A stretch of 63,985 nucleotides of DNA, filler included, from Catajapyx aquilonaris (Eukaryota), in assembly GCA_000934665.2 (NCBI GenBank). It is 3 parts of 3 records of this genome, joined end to end, with 100 filler letters (N's around TTAATTAATTAA, not from the genome) between each part and the next. Parts side by side here need not be neighbours in the genome. Positions count along the whole stretch, not along the records: positions 21,407 to 42,682 come from KZ539474.1; positions 42,783 to 63,985 come from KZ539478.1; 1 more part is not named here. One strand, written 5' to 3'. Position numbers and translations under genes: made by a program. A model generated the notes under the pieces. That model saw nothing but the letters and a program-made list of their open reading frames with translations, ran no database searches and was not told the origin of the DNA. Every line of letters starts with the position of its first letter. Position 1 is the first letter of the stretch. Positions 40,522 to 51,660 of this stretch are shown here, one piece after another.

Positions 40522-40832
40522 TCTATCTATATAAGTAAAGCCGTTTGTGAGTCTATCTGTCTGTCTGTCTGTCCGCCTGCAAACCGTCATTTGCCTGCCA
40601 TCTGTGCTCCACCACTAGGCCGGGAGAGTATGGAGGTGTTGGGGGTTGACTACCGATGGCAGGCAAATGACGGTTGCCGTTATACAGGCGGGAGAGGTTG
40701 AAGGTGTTGGAGTAGCAGGACCACAGACGGCATTGGTGGCCGGACACACAGAAAGACACAGTTGACGGGGGTACTAGCAGGTGTTTTCCCTTCATTCATT
40801 TCTTCCCGGGCAAAGCCGGGTGCCGCAGCTAG
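40522..40832 (+). mobile_element. Complete non-autonomous Helitron
   Basis: Inserted between A and T; 5' TCTATCTATATA, (CTGT)n microsatellite, 3' hairpin cccgggcaaagccggg followed by CTAG; no TSD. Confidence 0.9.
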
Positions 40833-42682
40833 TGTTACATAAAAAATAATGCGAATGGCGTCACTTTTCAGTAATATCGTAGCATATATTGATCTGGACT
40901 TGATCCTATTCCTTATCCAACCTAGAGAGCTCGCCTGAAGCATCGCACCATTACGTAAGTGGAGGTCTCCGCTGTCGTACACTCTAAGCAAGCTTGGAGT
41001 CATGTGGCTGCTTTCCACATGACTACGGCTTCACTTTCCAGTTATTGGATTTCACACGAACTTGACATCCACGTGGAACCTCGCTCCATAAGCAGTCGAG
41101 TCGCAAAGTGGCCCACTTTCGTCCCACTATTTTTTTTCTGCCTCGCTTCGGAAGGTGTACTGTATCGTGTCAAGGTGGGCGTAAATGCCAGGTGGTGAGT
41201 TTTGGCTCACCTTGTGCTTTAACAACAACAAAAAAAAGTTGCGCTTTGAAGATGAGAAGAGTCTTTTTCTTACAGCATTCATCGAATAACTCCTCACTGT
41301 ACCAAACTACCTCTGACAAAATAATTCCTCAGCTCTCTGAAACTATTCCAGCGGGAGGTAAAGGAATGAGGGAAGGATATGGATGTTGGATAAGATGGGG
41401 GTGAGGCCCGGTGGCGACGGGGGTGCTGGGGATGGAGGGGTAGAAATGCCAGGTTTGGGTCTGAAATACTCCTTGGAAGCAAGGCGTGAATTCCACAGCT
41501 GGGTTTGCACAATTTACAACCTACAAACGGGAAATGTCAGAATCCTCTCAAGTCCCCCACTGCTCCTGCGCCCCACCTTTTCCGCGACCACAGCTACGGA
41601 TGACATCCTAATTAATTCAAAAGTGTTAATTGCAGAAACGCGGTGAGAGGATTTCCGAAGGAACTGGCGCCATCGCAAGGGTCCGATAATCTCCCGTCTC
41701 TCATTAATCATTGACTCGGACGCTTGTGATTCATTATTAGTCAATTGACGCAAAGCCAGCTAAAGTCAGATTCGCACACGCATACTCATCCACCGATACA
41801 CAAAAACAACGCTATATAGAGTCCAAATCAACTTGTCGGACTTATTACAAGCTGCCTACACCCAGATCCAGTATTCCCACTCGCAGCAGTACTCAACATG
41901 TATTGATCCCATTCAGCACTACATGCCCATAACATTCATGTTTTCGTTATACTGTAACATCCTTTCCCCATCAGCTGCACAAATTGAACCTAAAGGCTGG
42001 GTGTACAATCAGCGCCACCAGTGTCCAGGAATATATACTCGGCAACGGTGTGTGCCATGCCTGGAAATCGCCAACCGCACTGTAGGCCTACCCAACTCAA
42101 TACCAGCAGTGGGGAATGTCACAAAACCTTCTAACTGATTACGCAGGGTGTCTACAAATAAACATTCACTTACAGGATGATCCATGCTGATAGAGTCAAA
42201 ATGGAAGTAAAATTCACGAAGCCAAAATGCAACATGGAATGAATTCGGTTGGACAGAACTGCTACGAGAGTTTGCTTCAGTTATACACAAGCAGAGGAAC
42301 TCCTTACCTATGATTTGGTCATTTACCGGTAGGCAAACTGTAAGGAATGAATAAAATTCATTAAGGTGGTTGGGTAGTTATGGCCACATCCTAAGAAGTT
42401 CATGAAAATTGCACGATTTACAGAAAAAAGTGTGCTCTTTAAAATAAACCAATAAAAAAGGGTACTTACCGGTCAATTTATTGAACCACCGACACCTAAA
42501 CATAGCTAATTTTATCATTGGCCTTATGGGAAAACGGCCAGAAACAGCAAAAAAATGTCAAAAATCTAACTTTAAAATCCGAACATATTTACAAAAAACT
42601 ATTCTCTTGAATGCTTGAACTGCGTAGAGTTAATTAGCCGCAGAAAATCGCAATGTCACCAGCTCCGTTCAGCAGTAATTAT

Positions 42683-42782
42683 NNNNNNNNNNNNNNNNNN
42701 NNNNNNNNNNNNNNNNNNNNNNNNNNTTAATTAATTAANNNNNNNNNNNNNNNNNNNNNNNNNNNNNNNNNNNNNNNNNNNN
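42683..42782. other. Artificial scaffold-joining spacer
   Basis: 44 N + TTAATTAATTAA + 44 N. Confidence 0.97.
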
Positions 42783-43551
42783 CCAAGCCGGCAAGCCCAA
42801 ACCATTGACTCGCCCGGCTGGTTTGTGCCCCCGAGGCGATCCAGCCTATTTTGGGAAATCCATCCCCAACCTTGACCCCGCCCCGCCCCCCACGGACCTT
42901 CTAGTCTGAAGAGGAGTCCATGAGTCCGATTCTGGGCCTCTGAAGAAACTGGTCTCTGATTGGCCACTGGCCAAATGGGCTGGACCTTCCTCCAAGGAGG
43001 GGGGGATGCCTCAGGACTCGTACATGCTGATGACGTACTCGGCCTTTTTCCCATGTATACTTAACGTGTTAATGTTGGTGCCGCGAGTTGGCCGAGCCCG
43101 TCTGGGGAGTCGCCAGTTCCGCGGAGAGGTTCGGGAACCAAGCAATACGGCAGGGATAGGGCACTCGGAGGCTCTCAGTTATTAGCTCTTGATCTCACTG
43201 ATCACTGGCAACATGGAAATATTGTTTTAAAACAACTCTTACACCATGTGGGAAATATTTTTCAAGGAATAATTTCCTAAATACGAAAGATGCTCCGTAT
43301 GTATTCCTAACAAAATACTCCTTACCATGCACCTTAGCTCACGAGGAGCCTGTTGTTGGGATACTGAAAGAGGAAAGTGGCCCAATCATGTACAGAGGCA
43401 TTAAATCTGTTAGGCACGGAGTTTTCCTGACAGAGACACCTATAAATGGTCAATGTACATGTCAGATCGGTGCTGCTTTGTGTGACAAAAATACTGGGGA
43501 AATGCTACTATATTTTTGTAGTAACCAGTTTCTGCTATGTACAGAGCCTGA

Positions 43552-43734
43552 AGGCCCATTCACACAGGCCGTCGACGGTTTTGGTTTTTGGTCGCGTTGA
43601 CACCGTGGACCAATCATGACCCATGTAAACAAGCTCTAAACAATGGGTTGTGCTTGTTTACATGATTCATGATTGGTCCGCGGTGTCAACGCGACCAAAA
43701 ACCAAAACCGTCGACGGCCTGTGTGAATGGGCCT
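43552..43734. mobile_element. PIF/Harbinger (Tourist-like) MITE, near-perfect palindrome
   Basis: ~67-bp arms with 1 mismatch starting aggcccattcacacaggccgtcgacgg; flanks TGA/TTA. Confidence 0.9.
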
Positions 43735-43866
43735 TTATGCAGACAGGTTTCACTGTATTATCAACACTCGACACTTGGAATGCTTGAACAACTTTATTAA
43801 GGCACACACCTGAGGTTTTCACATTTCATGTCTCGTAATCCTATTTCAAATCAGCAGTCACAATGT

Positions 43867-45070
43867 TCATTTATCATTGGGCAAAAATGCTTCCAGGATT
43901 TGATACATTACATCTGGAGGAATCATAGACTTTGCTTCTTCCCAAAGCCCTGAAGACCTTAACTCCCTGACATGGGCAGTGGCATACTTGATGCATGTCT
44001 CCTTCAGATCGTGGCAGTTGAAAGTTACAGCCTGGCACAAACATGTGCTAATGTTGCTAACATGTAAATGTTGACCCAGATACATTTCACACATTTGCTT
44101 AAGATCCTGCAGGTCATACTTCTCAGCTGCCTCTAGTATACCACCTTCCCCACATGCCATTGTGTCAAGGTGTTCAGGCTGTTTGTCAGTGTACATGTAA
44201 TATAACATCTCCCGTATTACATCAGACTTAAAGCCAGTTATTTTGACCTTTCCTTCGCGCTTTTCTGACATGTCTTGGTGAAACATGGCAGAAAATACTG
44301 GGCTCCTGGCAGATAGCACTAGCTTGTGGGCTTTTACTTCAACATTATCTCCACCCACAAGGATCACATCAGAGTCCCGACCCTCTTCATACATCATTTT
44401 AAAATCATCAGAAAGTGTACGCTTGTAAGTGACCAGAGATGCTTTCTCTTGCTTCCCTACCAATGTTAAGTGCACAGCAAAGGGGACTCTCCCTGCTTGG
44501 CCTGCATTGTTTTGTACTGGCAAGTATACACCAGCACTCCATATGCGAGGAACGTATTTTGGAGGGAAGCTGGGCACTTTCCACTTCCAAATACCCTCTC
44601 CTAATGATGTATCTTGTACGCCAATAAACAACAAATCAAGTGGAACACGAGGTGGAGCAATTGGCACAGCAATTCCATGATCTGAGGGAAGTGGTTCATT
44701 CCAAATCCTCAGCTTTGATGGCTCCAAAACATTACAATCTGAGCATTGCAGGAGCTGCACACATCTCGCATAAACAAACACACAAGAATCAAAGCCACTT
44801 GTCGCCCGATCCAACCAAAGGCTCCAAACTCCAGGAAATCCAGTGACAGACGTGCTGGGCGAGTACAACGTCTCCGGTCCACTGTCCTTGTTGACTTCCA
44901 GATTCCATCTAATGCAGTACTTATTTGTATCAACCACCTTGCTATAAACCTTCCCACAGCCGCTGAAACGCAACAGAACAGATTAAGTCAAAATGACCTT
45001 CATTTTGTGTGTGGGGGGGGGGGTGGGCATACCTTGACTTCATCATTCCAGCCACATTTTCTGCTGCCAT
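43867..45070 (-). CDS. SPOP/Roadkill-like BTB/POZ protein (Cul3 adaptor) with divergent MATH-like N-terminus; exons 45070-45033 and 44962-43867
   Basis: LSDDFKMMYEEGRDSDVILVGGDNVEVKAHKLVLSARSPVFSAMFHQDMSEK...IREMLYYMYTD...AAEKYDLQDLKQMCE is a classic SPOP-type BTB/BACK region. A 70-bp phase-2 GT-AG intron joins MAAENVAGMMKS in frame. Confidence 0.9.
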
Positions 45071-45453
45071 ATCTACGTTATGAACACTTGGGTGTTGTGC
45101 CTGCTGCTGTAGTAACAGGAACAATGGAGGGCTGAATCCGGCTGTGTCTCCGCTAACCTCCAGCAGCTTCCAACCAGGGTGGAAAAAGACGCTCAGATTC
45201 CAGACAGCACGTGGACGCCATCAATGGCCGATAACAGCTCCGAATAGCCGTTACTCGGGAACTGCTAAAGTTCAGGTAGCAACTTAATAATGAAAACCAG
45301 CTGCTGCGCGATATAACGCCCACCCAAGCAAAGCGGCCATATTGCGTCGGAGGACTTGTCGTTCGGAAGACGTTTCCTTTTTAGTGGGAAGTTTTCGATC
45401 CAGTTTTTGTTCCGCCCCAGTTGGGCAGCAGCCTCAAGACGGAGCCGCCAAAG
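45071..45453. promoter_or_regulatory. Putative bidirectional promoter/5' UTR region between the BTB gene and SmD2
   Basis: Divergent start codons 383 bp apart; GC- and CpG-rich interval. Confidence 0.6.
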
Positions 45454-46332
45454 ATGTGAGTTGGGGTCGTGCGCTGGCTGGATTTTAAAGAGTTGGGGCG
45501 GGAGTCTGCAGGCGGAGGGACGCTGACGAAAAGCCGGGTCCATCGGGCCTACCTGCAGCCTATTCGATTTTAATTTCACCTTCTCTTCTGATCGTCGTCT
45601 TAATCTGTGCATGTGTCTTGCAGGTCCCTGCTGAACAAGCCCAAGTCGGAGATGACTCCGGAGGAGCTGGCCAAGCGGGAGGAAGAGGAGTTCAACACTG
45701 GGCCGCTCTCAGTACTCACGCAGTCCGTTAAGGGCAACACGCAGGTGAATGAACAGAACGTGTGCATAGTGGCACAGACAGTTTACAAAATGGATGACAC
45801 TAAACCCAAAACAGTGGTACAGCGACTTGAACCCTGGCCTGGGCGTGCACGGCGGGGCCTGGGCTTTATTTACGAATGTTGACACTATTGCGCGCGTACA
45901 TGCCAGGGTTCAGGTCGCTGTAGCTCCGAAAATACAAACTGTACATGGAAAAGGTACTGGTAACTTGCAGTATCATCTACAGCGCATATGGTGTAGTCTG
46001 CAGTCAAACTCACGACTTGTCCTTGCAGGTGTTGATCAACTGCCGCAACAACAAGAAGCTTCTCGGTCGGGTTAAGGCTTTTGATCGTCACTGCAACATG
46101 GTCCTAGAGAATGTGAAGGAGATGTGGACAGAGTTGCCGAGGACAGGGAAGGGGAAGAAGAAGGTAACATGACAGCATGTAAAAGGTGGAAAGCAATACT
46201 AACCTCCTGTTCTCTTTCCAACAATAGGCGAAGCCTGTCAACAAGGATCGCTACATCTCAAAGATGTTCCTGCGAGGAGACTCCGTGATACTCGTCCTGC
46301 GAAACCCGTTGGCAACAGCTGCTGGAAAATAA
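45454..46332 (+). CDS. SNRPD2: Small nuclear ribonucleoprotein Sm D2; exons 45454-45455, 45624-45744, 46029-46163, 46228-46332 (120 aa)
   Basis: Spliced product [120 protein letters not shown]. All introns are GT-AG; AATAAA at 46406. Confidence 0.97.
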
Positions 46333-47463
46333 GCCAGGAAGGAGAGGTGAAAAAGAATTGTCAAGTATTTCTTACCTTTTAAAAAATTCCCAACAAAATG
46401 CCACTAATAAAAATAATCTAAAGGAAAGAGAAACTACATTTCATACAACATCTGGTTAGTGACCTCTAGCTCCAATTGCCCTAAATCCCTGAACACTAAT
46501 GAGGATTCCCTCGAATGTAGCAGGGACCAGCATTTGTGATTTTTTCTTTCTTTGTGACATTCACTTCTGATTCACAGCTTTGATATCAGTTATGCAGTTG
46601 ATGTGAAATTAATAGCTAGCTGAAATGAATTCATAAAGGTCCGTAGGCCATTCCGGAGATGCCAAGAATTTTTCATAGGTGGCAAATCACTCAATACAAT
46701 CGAGGATGCTCAAGAATGCTCAATTTCGTCCGTTCCAAACTTAGGGCAATGTGCATGTAATGGAGGAATGGAGGAATGAAGAGAGTAGGCTAGCATTTAT
46801 CGCACCACCTCAAAAATCATGGGTCAGTTTTAAAAAACCAAACATTCCGGCCAAGTCAAGGGTGTGTATTAAGTCGCCTCCTCCCCCTCACAAGAGTAAG
46901 TGGAAAGCCCTACCAGGGGAAACCTTGTGAAAACTTGTCTTCCCTGGCTATAATTACAGCAAATTCTAAATTCTTGCAAGGAGAAGTAAGCATCTGCAAG
47001 TTTGAGATAATTGCAGTCTCATTACTAAAAATTGGGGGTTAGAATTCGCCAACAATGCAGTCCTCATTGTGCACCATAGGCCAATGTACTTTATTGTGGC
47101 TTTACCAAGTGCCACCTTAACGGTAAGGCACTGGTGATCGCATTCGAATGTCCCCTCCACTCCCCTACTTCTTCTGCCCCAAGCTGAACATCTGACATGA
47201 GCAATGTGGAATTATTTACCTAGAAGAAACATGGCTGTAACATTCTCAAGAATTTGGTTATATCACAGGTAAGCATGGCATGGTGGGAAAGGCAAAAAGT
47301 GTCTTAAATAAATACAGCATGTAGGAAGAATATTTTGACATTTCTGGACTGTCTGTGGTTAGGTTGTTTGTTTTATAAAAAAGAAACCCAATTACTACTA
47401 AACAAATACTTTACTGATCCAGAGGTGTGTACAAAACTGACTTAATTTCTATAGATATGCACC

Positions 47464-47574
47464 TATAGATCGGTCACTAAACGACCGCAACCGAGTGGCC
47501 AATTTTATTACAAACTATTCCTTCCTCTAATAAAATTGGCCACTCGGTTGCGTTCGTATAGTGACCTATCTATA
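47464..47574. mobile_element. Palindromic MITE (~110 bp)
   Basis: tatagatcggtcactaaacgaccgcaaccgagtggccaattttatta pairs with taataaaattggccactcggttgcgttcgtatagtgacctatctata. Confidence 0.8.
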
Positions 47575-48271
47575 ACGCTATTACATTATTTTCTTTCCCC
47601 ACCGAACAGTTGAAAAATGCCAAAACAGGAGGTGAGATATGGCCTTGTACAGTACACTTGAGCATAATAGTTCCCAGGTGAAGGTTAAGAGGCATGAAAT
47701 CACCATGAAAAGCACAGAGAAAATGGGGGAGGTATTGCAAGGAGCCTTGGACCAGGTTTTTCTTTTTTTTTAAGCTAGGGGTCAACTGGACCTAGCTGGG
47801 ACTTGGGGAGAGGGGTGGGGGAAGGAGGGATGTAGATAGGAATGCAAGGTAGCTGCCTTATCTTTGCAAGCGCAAAGGTCATCCATCCACCAAGCTTTTA
47901 AACTAGGTCTCATGTGGGTTGCCTTATAATATTCTGGAAAGACTCGCATGGCCATGGGAGCAGCAGATTCCAGGTCCCTCGAAACAAGTGGGACCTTCTG
48001 CAGTTTCAAACTCCATTCCAGCAAAGAAGTAGAAATCAAGTTGGGGAATCATATAAAGGTGAGGCCCAGAGTATATAAGGATGATCAATGAATTCCCAAG
48101 TTGATGATGCATCGTGTGATTTTTAATCAGCTAATGATGGCAGACGAGAAGGGATTGGACACACCATCTGCTGGGCATCGAATAAAGCACAATTTTCTTC
48201 ATTAATATGGGCCTTATCAGAGCTGATAAAAATCACTGTACATCTCAGTACTTGGCAGCAAGTAATGCTGG

Positions 48272-49506
48272 ATGCACAGGATGCTGCCTAAGAAAGATGT
48301 GAAGCCTGGCCTAGCTTCGTCAAATGTGAACCATCCTCGAGTCGTGCCACCAGTGCCATGCAAGCCGGTCAGGTCAGTCCATCCTCGAGTCGTGCCACCA
48401 GTGCCATGCAAGCCGGTCAGGTCAGTCCAAGGGCCGGGTGGCTCGACTGCATCTCGCAGCATAAATCTGCCTGAAGAAAGCTTCTCGGGCCAATTCTACG
48501 GTCAAATAGAGGACATTGATGCGAATGACAAGCATGATCCACAAATGGTGTCAGAGTATGTCAAGGAGATTTACAGCCACATGCGGAGGATGGAAGATGC
48601 GATTGCTGTACGCCCTGACTCCTCGCTGGACACAAGGTGACGGATGCGAACTATACTTGTTGACTGGCTCATGTGGCTGCAGACAGACCTGAAGCTGACT
48701 CAGGAAACACTGTTCACCAGTGTATCGCTTCTGGACATGTACCTGCAGGTAAGCACTTACGTTACGTACACTTTCACATTACATACAATCTAATCGCAGG
48801 AAAACACAACCATGAGGGGCAGCAACCTCCAGCTGGTCGGTATCACCTGCATGCTAATTGCGGCCAAGTTTGAAGAGGTGTCCATACCTGCCATGTGTCA
48901 CTTCGCAGAGTCAACTGACCCACCATACGACCAGAAGGATGTCCTGGCCATGGAGCTGACCATACTGAAATCTCCAGCATGCCACCTAATGAAGCCACTT
49001 CCCATCCACTTTTTACGCCGGTTCTCCAAAGCTGCAGCGGTAAGTACCATACTTGTTGCTCCGAGTACACTGCCTTCATGAAATCTAATCGCAGGCTACC
49101 AGCAAAGAGCACAACTTGGCCAAGTACCTGCTAGAGGTGTCCCTCTTGTCCAACACTACCAGCTCACTCAAGCCGTCCCTACTGGCTGCAACTGTGCTTT
49201 TGCTGGCAATAAGGTGCGCACATGGGTACATAACTGGTACTTGATCTAATTGCTATCTACTGTACAGCATAATGAAGAACAGTGACGACCAGCCCGACCC
49301 TGCAATTATCTGGACCCCAACACAGACACTACTCGAAGTACATGCCGCATGACCTGGAGCCGCATTTCAAAGCAGTGCTCGAGCTGCTGTTCTGGCCATC
49401 GAACAAAAAGCACTGGTTTATCCAGAAGTACAAGTCCGCTAAGCTGTACTACATTGCTGCAACCCCGCAGCTACAAAAGGAATGGATCAAAAGGCTGGCC
49501 CGTTAA
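48272..49506 (+). pseudogene. CycB: Cyclin B-like gene, disrupted; exons ~48272-48748, 48800-49039, 49095-49213, 49268-49506
   Basis: IEDIDANDKHDPQMVSEYVKEIYSHMR, MRTILVDWL, LQLVGITCMLIAAKFEE, PLPIHFLRRFSKA, HNLAKYLLE, HYSKY and QKYKSAK are cyclin B motifs. In-frame TGA at 48638 and a frameshift near 49320 (WTPT/HYSKY). Confidence 0.85.
48331..48426 (+). repeat. Perfect 48-bp in-frame tandem duplication (HPRVVPPVPCKPVRSV x2)
   Basis: Two identical copies, 48331-48378 and 48379-48426. Confidence 0.95.
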
Positions 49507-49559
49507 CACTGTACTATAATTATTTATTCAATTAAACTAGTGCACACATCAGGTGGTAT

Positions 49560-49900
49560 GTACTACCACCTCCTCCGACGCCTAGAGCTGGACATGCTTT
49601 GGCAAGTTTTTCCTCAGCTCCCCTAGCATCGTCTCATCTTGCTCCAGCTCCATTCTGTCCTCCTCCTGGTAGAACAAGACCTCCTCCTTCTCCGCCATCT
49701 CCAGCTTCATGTCCACAACCACTCCGAGCCATTCTTCACACTTGAATTGTGCCACCTGCGACTCTGTCTCACGTGCCACTCCTCCCATTCAGCATACAAT
49801 TATTGAACCTGCCATTGACCCAAACTTGCTTCATACTTGGCTGCCGTCACTTGCCCCTCCAGCTCCATAGTCTGCATTATATCCAAGCCTGTGCGCACAA
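49560..49900 (-). pseudogene. Degenerate coiled-coil coding remnant
   Basis: MQTMELEGQV..* plus the frameshifted E-rich ORF 49582-49788; weak resemblance to the ORF at 59278-59466. Confidence 0.3.
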
Positions 49901-50137
49901 CCTGTTATCATCAACCACTTACATGTAGCCTATGTGCTGGTGGCACGAGTACAGTGGAAGTGATGCCAAATCCTCCTGCAACATCACCTGGACCACAACT
50001 TTCACATCTCTCTGGGTGTTGCCAGATGTTAGAAACTGGTCCATCATGAGGCAGCTTCAGTAGTGGTGTGAAAACTAACCATGGTTGGGGCTATCGTCCA
50101 GGATCCACAGGAGGGGCTGAATTCATCACGTGGTAAG

Positions 50138-50804
50138 TAAGATTTTTGTCAGAACTTGCCGCCAAGGACAGGGAAGGGCAAGAAGAAGGTAACATGATAT
50201 TGTAATTACTGAAAATTATGACGCTAACTGAAAATAATACCTTACAGGCCTGTATGATGAAGACTGGAGACAACTGAATGCATCAATGTGACGTATTGCA
50301 TACAATTAAACCAAGTCTCTGATCTGCATTATAAGCCTGCATAATGATCAGATTTACCAGCTCTTCCAAAGTCCTGTACAATGAGGTGAGATGTACCGGT
50401 ACCTACCTTTTCAATCTCAACATGAGCGTTGTGGAATTCACTTAACTGGAACGACCATGCTGTAACATTCTCAAATTTGGTTATTACAGGAAAGCATGGC
50501 AGGGGGGAAAGGTAACAAGTGTCATAAATAAATACAGTATGTAGCACATAAATTCTGAAATGTACAATCTATGTCAGTGATTGGGTTGTAATTTTGTTTT
50601 ATAAAAAGGAAACTGTCAATTACTATGCAATGAATATTTTACTGATCCAAAAATTGTACAAAAATACTTGGCAGACCTGAATATTGGAGGGCAATAATTA
50701 CGGCCTCTTACATTTGACCATAAGCAGCAAAATATTTCCCAGGTGAAGGTTAAAAGGAATGAAATGCACAGAGAAAGTGACAAATGCAACTGCTGGTGAT
50801 TAAT
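50138..50804 (+). repeat. Local segmental duplication, copy B (begins with an SmD2 exon-3 fragment)
   Basis: Highly similar to 57951-58659. Start ggacagggaagggcaagaagaaggtaacatga matches 46141-46172; body resembles 47196-47720. Confidence 0.9.
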
Positions 50805-50883
50805 TGCTGAATTGAAACATTTTTATAACTAGGGAAAATATTAACCTTCAGATGTTGCAGTCACACAGCATACAAGTTATTTA

Positions 50884-50960
50884 GGGCCGAGCTCAGTATA
50901 TGATAAAACCAGGGTATTTACCCTGGTTTTATCATATACCAAGCTCGGTGAAACCGGCCC
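50884..50960. mobile_element. PIF/Harbinger-type mini-MITE
   Basis: TTA TSD on both sides, gggccg/cggccc ends, central palindrome gtatatgataaaaccagggta/taccctggttttatcatatac. Confidence 0.75.
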
Positions 50961-51464
50961 TTAGACAACTCACAATACTTCTGCATACATTGTGGCACAG
51001 TATATTTGACCATGTACATTTGATAGAAAATGTGAAATAATATAAACACTTCATTATCAGCATCAACTACTCCGCTAAGAAAGCAACAGTTGATCTGGCG
51101 ATATGATTGTCTAGTTTTTATGCTCTCTTACAATACAATGTCTTTCATCCTGCATTTGGGGAGAAATGCTCCACTATTTAGGCTACATGGCCCGTAAGAC
51201 ACACTGTATGGGTATGTTACAGTTTGCATCGAGAATCTCAAATCAATAACACATTGAGTAGCTTTTTGCATGACATTATTTCTTATCTGCAGGCAGGGCT
51301 GGCTTTATGCATTTCCTTTCTATAGGCCATTCACTTTGTGCCGCCCCCCCCCCCCCCCCCCCCCCCCCCCCNCCACTCCATCAATTGAATTTATACAAAC
51401 TGTGTATGTGGTTTGTATTATAGGCTTAACCTAAACATAAGAAATAGTCTGTTTGTTATTATAA

Positions 51465-51629
51465 TGCCGGGTTGCGCCACATAAGGTAGATTATAAACGG
51501 AGGATCTAACAATTCTAACGGTTGTCATTACTTGTTGGCAACAATGAGCCGAACAATCAACAAAAGGAATGACATCCGTTAGATCCTCCATTTATGATCT
51601 ACCTGCTACTTTCATGGCGAAACCCGGCG
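51465..51629. mobile_element. PIF/Harbinger-type MITE
   Basis: gccgggttgcgcca / tggcgaaacccggc TIR, TAA on both sides, inner pairing ggaggatctaac/gttagatcctcc. Confidence 0.75.
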
Positions 51630-51660
51630 TAAGAAGGAGTTTTAAAAACATCGTAAATAA

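Noticed and set aside
40126..40701. 191-aa ORF
   Set aside because: Runs antisense to a LINE relic and through a Helitron boundary; likely a chance ORF.
42361..42682. Kolobok-like left end (TTAA|GGTGGTTGGG)
   Set aside because: Truncated by the scaffold end; no right TIR to confirm.
48638..48640. In-frame TGA in cyclin B as selenocysteine or programmed readthrough
   Set aside because: Better explained by two compensating indels, and an independent frameshift exists downstream.
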